Shown: piece after piece, positions 54,422 through 64,000 of the stretch
How positions within the stretch are numbered: position 1 is the first letter of the stretch
Layout: each line of letters starts with the position of its first letter
Notes under the pieces: model-generated
The model's input: only the letters and a program-made list of their open reading frames with translations
Told to the model about the DNA's origin: nothing
The model's database searches: none
Translations under genes and position numbers: made by a program
Source: Chloropicon primus
Lineage: Eukaryota
Assembly (NCBI GenBank): GCA_023205875.1
Contig: CP060764.1
Location: 62,001 to 126,000 of the forward strand
Length of the DNA: 64,000 nucleotides
Direction of reading: 5' to 3'

Positions 54422-54820
54422 CTCTCTCTCTCTCTCTCTCTCGTCTACTGTCGGTCGAATCAAATCCCTGCAGCACACCACAACGTCACGTCAGTCGTGC
54501 CCAGCATTCGCATTACGGAGCCAAATGACTCGAGAGAGAGCTCTTCGGAAAGATCTCGAGGATGCGCTTCCGTTGGTTCCCTTGTTGTTGGGGTCTGATG
54601 GCCTCTACGGTGGAGGAAGAGACAAAGACCTCGCCGCTCGACTCACCTTCGTTCAGTTGTGCGTTCGCCGCCCTGATTCTGACAAAAAACGTGTGATTTC
54701 CACTCTCGTCAGAAAATATCAGTTGATCCGTTTTTCGCTTGAAAAAGGAAAGGAAAAGCGAAACACGTGGCGAGATCTTTGGACAGGCTGGAGGGGAGGA
54801 GGCTGGAGGAGGAGGCATGG

Positions 54821-54997
54821 AGGAGGACGAGGAGAAGGGTTAGGTGGATGCATCTCTCTCTTCTCTTCTCCCTCCCACTGCCTCTCCCTCTCTCTCTCTC
54901 TCTCTCTCTCCCTGTTTTTTTTTTGATTGATGCGGATGCAGGAGGACGAGGAGAAGGGTCAGGTGGATGCCTCTCCCTCTCTTCTCTTCTCCCTCCC
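54821..54997. repeat. ~56-bp direct duplication
   Basis: AGGAGGACGAGGAGAAGGGTYAGGTGGATGC...CTTCTCTTCTCCCTCCC at 54821-54876 and 54940-54997. Confidence 0.85.
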
Positions 54998-55156
54998 TGA
55001 CCCTGATGCTTTGCTTGTCTTATTTATAATGCTTGTTTACATGATGATAATACTTGATAATACTTGATTTTGTGAGCACGCGTTTGTCCTCTTCCTCCTC
55101 CTCTTCCTCCTCCTCCTCCGACACACACACGCCACGTACAACACAACACAACACAC

Positions 55157-58100
55157 TCAGGCCTTCTTTGGTGGAGCTTTCGACTTGAGCTCGTCGACCA
55201 GGGGATTGCTGGTCATCTTTTGGGTCCCCTCGTCGTCTGCCTTGCCGCCGCCGCCGAAGGACATCATCATGCTGTTCCCCCCCGGGCTGCTCTGGTCGGC
55301 GCCGACCTTGTCGTAGGTCACGTCCGGGTACAAGGACTTGCGCTGCTTTTGGGGGGAGTAGAGCGGGTTCGAGTTCAGGGAGCCATTCGGCTTCTTTCCC
55401 TCGCCGCCATCCTCAGCCTCGGCCTCCTCCATCTTGGCAAGCATCTCCTTGTGGTTCAGAGACTTCTTCACGCTGTAGAAGATGGAGCCAGCGATGCTGC
55501 CGAGCATCAGTATCACGAAGGCCACGTTGATCAAGACCAAGAAGACGGAGAGGGACTCCTCGAAGTTCGAGATCCAGCCGTCCTCTCCCTGGTCCTTGTT
55601 CCTGGTGTAAAGGATGCAGCACTGCAGCGTGAAGGCCGAGCACGCCAAGCCCAAGCTCTCCATGTCGTTCAGGACCTTGAGGTCGAAGGGCATGGCCGCC
55701 ACGTGGGACACCAGGTAGAGGACCATCAGCCCCGCGGCGCAAAAGGCTTGCAGGAAAGGGTAGTAGGAGAGGGCCACCATGCAGAAGGCGATGGCAAGCT
55801 TCCTCATCATGATGAAGACCTCCCACCAGTAGTACTCCTTCCGGAACCCGTGGAAGATGAACCCGTAGAGCTCCAAGACCTTCTTCTCCTCCAGCCTGTT
55901 CCTGTTTTTGAGCAGCATCAGGAAGATGGTGAGGGGGATCCCGATGCCGTACAGGCAAACTCCGAGGAGACCCTTGAGGTAATTCACCTTGTAAGCCCCG
56001 TCACTCATGTCGCACTCCAAGGAGTAATCCGATTCGATGACGTAACGGTCCTCCTCGTACTCGAAGCAGTTGAACACGATGAAGGATTTGCTTGCCACCG
56101 CAGAGTGGACCATGAACATCAAAATCAGTATGGACACGAGCCAGGACGTGAAGTTCTCGGAGGCCAAGCTCCTCTCGTTCGAGCCCGAGTACATGAGTTT
56201 GGCGTCAATGTTCTTGCTGCCCAGGGTGTGGGTAACCGCGCTGCCGCCCGAGTTTTTGGCCAACAGGGCGAAGGCAGCGAACTTGACAAGGAAGAAGACT
56301 GCGGAGAAGAACACAAGCCCCACGGGTATCAGCAGCACCACGGTGAGCTGCCCATAGTACGACATGTCCGGAACCGGGGAGCTGCACCCGTTGAAGAAGA
56401 CGTTCATTCCGAGATCAATTCCACCACTGGCAACCGAGTCGCTGGACTCGAAGAAACTCATAAGGGTAGAGGACACCTTGGCTTGCAGCAGTCCTCCCAC
56501 AGAAACGTGCACGGTGTAGTTGTAGAAGATCTTGATCAGGGGAATAGGGGAGATCTCCAGCAAGGAATGCATTTTCTCCCTCATGGAAACGCTCCCCTGC
56601 TTCGGCTTCCTGGACCTGTGCCTCTGCAGGGCCAGGTGCAAGCTTTGGTGCTTCCTCTTGTTCACCAGAAAGCTGAGGAGGGTGAAAAACGTGACCAAAG
56701 CAATGCAGAAGGCGACCCACTTGCCCCAGACAAGGGAGCCTTCCGCATTGCTGTCTGCTTCGCAGATCTCGCAATTTCCCTCCTCGAACACTGACGATTT
56801 CCAGCCGTCCTTGCAGACTGCGCAGAGGACCCCTGTGTGCCCCTCTAGGCAGTTTCGCTCGTCCAGGGGTTCCCTCGTCCGGCCGCCAACACAATGCTCC
56901 TTCCTGTGGCAGTCTAGAATCATCGTCGCGTTCGGGGACGCTCTCCACTTTCCTGGAAGCAAGCGCATCGTGGCCAGAGTGGCGCCAGCTGTGCAGATGG
57001 CCCCCTCGGGGCAGAGGTTGCATTCTCTGTCACTTGGATTCACTTTGTAAAAGCCGACTCCACAAACGCAGTCGTCCACGTGGTTGGACGCCATATCCTT
57101 CGTCGTGAATTGAGGATCACACAGTGTGCACTCCGTGTCGTTCACGGCCTGGTCTTTGTACGTTCCAATCTGGCACGCCATGCACGCGTTGCCGAGGCGG
57201 TAGTAACCCGGCGCGCACACGCAGTCAACACCATTGCCCGTGCCGACGGAGTTCCCCAGGCAGATCTTTGGGTCGACGATTCCCTGCTTCGAGAACATGT
57301 AGTCGGAGAGTATAGGCCGGCTCAAGTAGGAATCGGCGACTTGCGAGGCGTTCCACCTCGTGGCAAATGGATCCCAGTCGCGTATGACCGCAAGCTTCTC
57401 CTGCAGAAGGGGCGGTTCTGAGACGTAGGTGTTGAAGACGTGAATCTGCCTCGACCCCCAACCATACACAGCGATCTTCGATATGTACTGCCCAAAGTTC
57501 TTGTCGTACTCCGAGTAATGGATGTCTTCTATCGCTTGTACGCCCGAATCGCCCATCTCACCAACGATGTTGGTGACGACGTAAGTGAATCTATACTTCT
57601 GAGCCTCGGTATTGTCCGCCGCGACGGATGGGATCTGGTTGTTGAAACGATCTCTAGCGATCATTCTCATGCTGACCTCCACGCCGGCCACCAAGTGGTT
57701 GAAAAATGTGTCATTCTCATACCCCAAGCACTCCACACCAACACAAAGCGTGGTCGCAGCCCGGTCGATGGGCGCCGAGTGCACAAGAAGCGTGGAACTC
57801 GCAGTGCTGGCATCCGCAGTTCGAAGGAGGGACTGGTTCTGGAACTGAAGATCAAGTGTGAACAGGCCAGCGTTTGTCAAGTTGAAGTCAAGGTAAAAGA
57901 CGTGCTGCTGGTCTTGATCGTAACGTATCTGGGAAACTTCGACGTTCTCAGTTTCTCCAGACAAGACACGCAATTCGATGTCCTTGACAATGTCTGCGTC
58001 GATCCCATGATTGTTTGCTTTGTTTGAGAACCTGTCGAGGGCATGAACCGTGAGCTCCAAATCCTTGCCAGCGACAGTTGGCGACTCAAACGTTGCGTAC

Positions 58101-61100
58101 GACAGCGGCGCATAGAAAATGTCTGAAATGACCTCGAACCAAACGGTGAGTGAACTGAGTTCCCCGCCAACTCTTAACCTGAGCATGGGAATAGCAGCGG
58201 TGGAGAGATTCACCTGTATGCTCAGAGGATCAAGGGACAGGACGTCATCCGCCATCAGCTGCCTGACTGAAAGCGCAGTATCATCCGCAGAAAAATCAAG
58301 TTGAACATGGCTCAGCACCTCGTCTTTCTCTTTCAGCAGAACCTTGTTCCCAAATTGATCCTTCAGGTCAACATCCACAGTGAAGTTGTTCCCTGCGACG
58401 ACCACGTCAGGAGTTACTTTGTACGTTGTCGTTACCGCATCATTCAGGTCCTTGACGGCAGGCTGGCTCGGACGAACTTGTAAACTCTTTCCGAATGGAA
58501 TGTCCTTCTGTACCAAACCAAGCGCGCTAACCAAATCATCACGTACATAAAGGCCGGACGAAGTTGGGGTGAAGGTAAGCATGTAGTTCCCGTTGCTTGT
58601 GTACACTATTTGGCCACTTATCGGCACAGTGTTGAGCCCGTTAGACCCTCCTTCAGGTTGAAACAAGAAATCCTTCTTGATCTTCTGGTCATGGAGCCCC
58701 TTGCTGATAATGTTGCCGTAACTGTCCTTCGCCGTGAAACCAGCTGTGCAGCCTACCCCGGCCACGCTGTCTGTGGTGCAATTGTTAGGGTCGGAGACAT
58801 CGAAATTCTCGTACCTCGGTGGCCCTGGAGACACCGTAACACCGAACGGACTGCCTGACACTTCGTATTCGCCATTAGGGTTGTAGGCCGTGACAGACAC
58901 GTTGTAATCACCCCCTTGGGTCAAAGCGAAGTATGCAACCAGGAGGCCATCGCTGTCCACGGAGAAAGTAACCGACGTAGCGTTGAAACCCTCTACATCA
59001 GTGGAATTGATGCGAGCCTCAAGCGTCATCCCGATGTCGTCCAACACGTTGCTTGGGTTCAAAGTGTTGCTGTAGGGATCATTGAGAGTCACTGTAATCC
59101 CCTTGGACTGGCCCGCCGTGACCATCGAAGGGATGCTCACGGTGCTAGTTGTCCAAGACAGTTCTTCCGGCTGATAAAGAATGGTATTCCCGTAGGGCGT
59201 CGAAACAGGAAAAGCTTCGTTTTCCCATTCCAACTGGTAGCTACCACTCGTTGTCACGTTAAACCTAGAGAGAGAGAGAGAGAAGGATGTCAGCGGCACA
59301 AAAATCGACGAGTAGAAACTTTTGGAACCACGGCTCACTCACCTCAACAAGATTTTGCCCTCCTGACTGCCGCTGTAATCGACATCGGCATCATATGTAA
59401 CGCTCTGGTTAACCTTGTTCACAAGCTGAGCGCTCAGGAGATCAGCGCCAGAATCATTGTAGCTCGCAACATTCAAGTAGCTGTCCTTTATGTTTATGCT
59501 CAACGTCATGTTTGAGCAGACCACGTACTCTTGACTGAATTCTTCATCATCGAAGGACGACTTATCCGCCATCATTTCAGCGGGAAGAACCTTGATGAAT
59601 TGTGGAACCTTAGTCAGCTGCTCCCACTGAAAGTTTTCCTCGTTTTGCATGTAGACATTCATGCGGAAATCCCCACTCTTCGAAATCATGAACTGAAGGG
59701 AGTGTGTGCCATCCTGCTCATCAACAGAATAAATGTCTTCACTAACATCCATCCCAGCATTTGATCCGATGCCCCAGTAGAGTGCCTTGAACGTTCCACC
59801 AGATGATTCCCGGTCGTTCCCTGCCTTGTCCTTTGTGTGCAGGGTTAGGGTGACCGTTTCCCCGGCAATTTTTTCGATAGCCTCGTTGCTGTCAGTGTAA
59901 TTCACCGTAACGTACGTCGTCCCAGACGCGTCGCTCCACGTGTTCTGCATGTTTGTGGTGAAGCTCGACGATCCAGTGTTTGTTCCGTCACCGTAGCCGT
60001 ACGTCCCGTCGTAATAGCCTCCGTCACCGTAGCCGTTCGTCCCGTCGTAATAGCCGGTCGATCCGTCGCCGTACATCCCGTCGTAATAGCCGGTCGATCC
60101 GTCGCCGTACATCCCGTCATAATAGCCGGTCGATCCGTCGCCGTACATCCCGTCATAATAGCCGGTCCCATCGTTATACCCCGACGTGTCGTTTGATGGC
60201 ACAGCTTTCGCCCACACAATATAAGTGTTCGCGACACTTGGGGCACCAACAACGGCCTCGAAGAACACAGTTATCTCATCCACTTGTATGGCGTTTGCAG
60301 TGTTTGATCCCGCATCATCATAAATCACGCTGGTCATGTTGATCACTGCGGTATAATAGCCAGGATCCACTGAAGACCCATGGCTAGCTGAAATATTCAA
60401 AGTATTACTTTCTGAGTAGCCGTACTTGGCGCCAGATATTGACGCATCCAGCCACGGATGCTCAAACTGGTTCCATTGCAAAGTAGAGAAGACAGAGGAG
60501 TTCAAAGTCTTCTCCATGGCTTGCTCGTGGGTGTACTCTGATCCAAGACTGTCTATCATGTCCTTGTTGTAGTGAAAATTGAAGACAGTGACCAAGCTGA
60601 AGGCCCCTTGGCCAGGAAGGACATCCATGAGCTCGACCGTGCTCTTCGTCATGACAAGAAGGTTTGGCAAGACTTTCAAATTCACTCTGATTGTCACAGA
60701 AGACAGCTGTGGGTCATTTGTTTCCAACGCAATCTCATCCGTGTAGTCCCCAACCGACAACATCTGTCCATTGAGCAGCAACGTAATCATTCTGGAATTA
60801 CTGCTGCACTGCTGAAAGTTGGGGGCACCCCAACTATCGTAATAATCTGCTGAGCCGCACAATCTACCGGCGGCCGCCGAGGGGTTGCACGTGCATTTCA
60901 TTACCGAACTCGACGCTGGACTGAAACTCAACCACTGTGAACTTCCCCTCGAGGCTTGGAGAATGAGCCTCAATTCACCATGGTTAGCAATGCTGATCTG
61001 GTGGTACACAAACTGGCGTTCTCTCGTCTCAATGTCGAGCTCCAAGATGTTGCCACTGCCAAGCGTCTGTCCGATGAGTTTCATGACAGGCTTTTCAATC

Positions 61101-62314
61101 ACCATACGGATCTGCGACGCGATGTTTCGGATTCCAACGCTCTCGGATTTGATCCACATCATGACCTTTTGGCTCACGTCGACCATCTCTGAACTCATGA
61201 CGAGCTTGAAGGTCACCGAGGACAGCGCTCTGACCAGGACGTAGACATAGGGGTTTTGAGGATGCTTTTGTACCAAGCCAAAGGGAGACGGCGAGCTAAC
61301 GCCGAATTCCACCCAGCTCGGCAAGTTCGTGGCATTGAATGCGATGACGCTGTCCAGCCTGTCCCGGTTATGCACTGTCAGGTACTGTGTTTTCCTTTCC
61401 CCTATTTCCATGTTCCTCGAAAACTGTGAAGGGTACCTAGAGTATTCTACGTGCCTCGACAAGGTCCACTGGAACGGCTCAAACTCTGGGGGTTCGCTGT
61501 TCCCCGGCCAGTGGGGCAGCCTCAAGAACGCTCTATACGGTCCCGTGCAACTCGTCCCGTAACCGCTCGGACTCGTCGTGCTGTATTCTTGGTCTTCGTT
61601 GAGCGGCTCAAAGTTTCTGTAAGGATCCGTGAACTCGAACCCCGCCGGGTTTTCCGCAAACGGCGAGTCCACGTTCCAGCCCGCCTCAGCACTGTGCAGG
61701 CAGTCTCTCGGGGCAAGCTTGTTCGCAGTGTACATGCAGTACTTTGTGTTGTGCGACACGCTCGCGTTCGGGTACTCCGGAATCAGGATCGAGGAAACCA
61801 GTGGAAACATCGGGTCATAAGGCGCCCTTCCAGCTGTCAGCTTCCACTGTGACGCGAACTCCAACCACTGGCAATCATTGTTCTGGCAGCCTATGAAATC
61901 CTCGTACTCCCCGCCCTGAGTCAAGTTCAGGTAAGCAGAAACGCTGAAGTGCATGAAGCTTTGGTTGTGGTTGAGCTCGATCGTCGGAGCGTGCCGCGTG
62001 CAGAATTCAAACAGCGAATCGTATTGCTCGACCATGTTCGGGGGAGCTGTCATGAACACGTGCATCGGCGTGTACGCTCCGTGTATGATGCCCCTCGGAA
62101 ACACCGGGTAGACTCGCGGCTGGCTTTCGTCCTCGTCGCTGGTGCTCCCGCCGTTCCCGTTCCCGTTCCCGTTCCCGTTCCCGTTCCCGTTGCTGCTTGT
62201 GAGCAAAACTCTGCCCCCGTGAGGTCCTTTCTCGGACCACGCTGCGCCCACGGCCAGGCCCTGAGCAAGGCAGACCAGGAGCGTGGCCAACGTCCAAAGC
62301 TGCTTCGCCTTCAT
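55157..62314 (-). CDS. Giant cell-surface protein (~2359 aa): signal peptide, Ig/filamin-like repeats, Cys-rich repeats, multipass TM domain; 2 exons
   Basis: Exons 62314-59343 and 59264-55157; 78-nt intron 59265-59342 (GTGAGT..TAG, phase 2). Repeated AG..x.D.(Y/F)(G/S/N)N filamin-like motifs, C.C..G.Y repeats, YGFIFHGFRKEYYWWEVFIMMRK. Confidence 0.85.
59985..60168 (-). repeat. Coding 36-bp tandem repeat (GYYDGMYGDGST)
   Basis: Units at 60049, 60085 and 60121, plus degenerate copies on either side. Confidence 0.93.
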
Positions 62315-63225
62315 AGCACTCGGACTGGACCAGTATAATCAATATTGGTGCGTATGTATGTTATGTGTCGTTGAGAGGAAGAGGACGCTGCTTCCCCCCC
62401 AAAACGAAAAAGGCGACACTGAAGAAGCCTCCCTCCCTCGCCTCACTTCACTTCGGTGCTGCGCCACGACTTCGTCTTCATGTTCTCTTGCTGAGACCGT
62501 GAGCCTGGGTCCCGAACCAGCATTAAACGGACACCAACGCTGACCCGTCCTCGTTTGGACGCCTTTAGGAGTCCGGACTCGACTGGAGGCTTCCCCAAGT
62601 CATCCGCGGGACCGAGGTCTCTCGTCTCGACCGCCTTTCCTGTCGCAGGCACTCAGGGGGGGGGACCAAAGCAACACTCTTGTCTGTGGTGGCAAGTATT
62701 CAAACTTCCGGACTGGTTGTCCTTGTCCGAGGAAACCTTCACCTTTCTGCGCAAGACGATGTCAGACAATTCAAAAGATCATGCAACGCGACGAGGGACC
62801 ATGTTCGGGTTCCAAAGATACCACCTTTGATCCTCCAGGGGGAAAACTTTCTCAAACAAGATGCCACCTTTGGGGGCAGCTCCTCTCCTCCTCTCTCCTC
62901 CTTCAGCTTTAGCTTTCTGTCTCCACAGCTTTCCGTCTCCACACGCGCCCCACGGTCTCCACACATATCTAACGACACCGAAAGAACTCCAGAGTTGAAT
63001 TGACTGTTTAGTGTTTGATTCGAGACGTTCCCCTGACGTTCAGCCGCCAGGAAGCGCCGGAGAAGAGGGGAACCGAAGCAGAAGAAACACAGAAACAGAT
63101 CGATCCTTGTCGACGAAGACGAGTCCTTCCTTCCTTGCTTGGTTTTATATTTTTGGTTCACCCTTGAGCTTGAGCTTGAGCTTCATACTCATAACCTAAT
63201 CCCATACTGCTTTCATCTCATCATC

Positions 63226-63681
63226 ATGTCGAACACGGAGAGGACTTACATCATGATCAAGCCTGACGGCGTCCAGCGCGGACTCATCGGTACGATTATC
63301 CAGAGGTTCGAGCAGAGGGGTTTCATCCTCAGAGGGTTGAAGATGATGAGCGTGGAGAAGTCTCACGCCGAGGCTCATTACGCTGACTTGTCCTCCAAGC
63401 CATTCTTCGGCGGACTCGTCGAGTACATCTGCTCCGCTCCCGTGTGCGCCATGTGCTGGGAGGGAAAGGACGTCGTGAAGACCGGAAGGAAGATCATCGG
63501 CGCCACCAACCCGCTCGCCTCTGAGCCTGGTACCATCCGTGGCGACTTCTGCATCGATGTCGGCCGCAACATCATTCACGGAAGTGACGCCGTCGAGAGC
63601 GCCCAGAAGGAGCTCGCCTTGTGGTTCCCTGATGGAGTCTGCGAGTACGAGCACGCCATGAAGCCATGGATCTACGAGTAA
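63226..63681 (+). CDS. NDK1: Nucleoside diphosphate kinase (cytosolic type)
   Basis: [33 protein letters not shown]. Confidence 0.98.
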   Translation: MSNTERTYIMIKPDGVQRGLIGTIIQRFEQRGFILRGLKMMSVEKSHAEAHYADLSSKPFFGGLVEYICSAPVCAMCWEGKDVVKTGRKIIGATNPLASEPGTIRGDFCIDVGRNIIHGSDAVESAQKELALWFPDGVCEYEHAMKPWIYE

Positions 63682-63881
63682 GTTAACGACAACAACGGCG
63701 GATCCACTCGACCGAGGAAGGGGGGGAGGAGGTGGTTCGTGCGGTTCGTTGCACGTGGACTACAATTCAAGCTTCTTTGAATCTATTTTTGATTTTGTCG
63801 TGAGCACACTTTGGTTTTGGTTTCTTCCTCTCCTCCCTCACCACCCTTTCTCTCTCTCTCTCTCTCTCTGTGCTGCTGCTG

Positions 63882-64000
63882 CTAGTCGGCGGTCCCGAAA
63901 AGTGCGGTGGAGGAGGACTCGAGTTCAAGGTTGGTCCACTCGTGGTACAGGGCCTCGAGGCGCTCCTGCCTCCTCTCGTATTCCTCCCTCGCCCTCTCCT
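63882..64000 (-). CDS. 3' end of a gene entering from beyond the window, possibly an ABC-F C-terminal coiled coil
   Basis: Hand translation ERAREEYERRQERLEALYHEWTNLELESSSTALFGTAD*; LEALYxxWxxLE resembles Uup/ABC-F tails. Confidence 0.4.
   Translation of the reverse strand, partial: ERAREEYERRQERLEALYHEWTNLELESSSTALFGTAD

Noticed and set aside
59336..59344. Stop-codon readthrough or selenocysteine between two abutting in-frame ORFs
   Set aside because: The TGA is part of the donor AG|GTGAGT of a 78-nt intron with a good (CT)n-TAG acceptor.

Overview
Eukaryotic, GC-rich, gene-dense and intron-poor nuclear DNA of a green alga. Evidence: plastid transit peptides, short GT-AG introns and TGTAA poly(A) signals. 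The style suggests a compact picophytoplankton genome such as Chloropicon, which is inference only. About 29 protein-coding genes are supported: HMA1-like P1B-ATPase (partial), ferritin, a bestrophin-like channel, two tandem delta-12-type desaturases, an AXDND1-like coiled coil, DUF1118, a CEP57-like protein, a TM-RING protein, an mS23-like protein, CAP-H2, plastid EF-G, THOC3/TEX1, Sec61-alpha, BBS8, ATG10, eIF3b, an LRRC46-like protein, an acylated SAM protein, an orphan copper-monooxygenase-like protein, sterol delta-7 reductase, TRAPPC10, a 60-aa ORF, thiolase, a degenerate LMW-PTP, P4H, PGDH, a 2359-aa Ig/filamin-Cys-rich-multipass protein, NDK and a partial last gene. The most notable unannotated structure: a 6 x ~182-bp CCAAT/GATC-rich tandem array in the desaturase promoter; a recurrent oriented promoter motif (TCGAGAYCTTTC); an internally deleted paralogue of the copper-monooxygenase-like orphan; and four cilium/centriole-type genes. 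No rRNA, tRNA, CRISPR or autonomous transposon was recognised. All family assignments come from motif recognition by eye, not from database searches.
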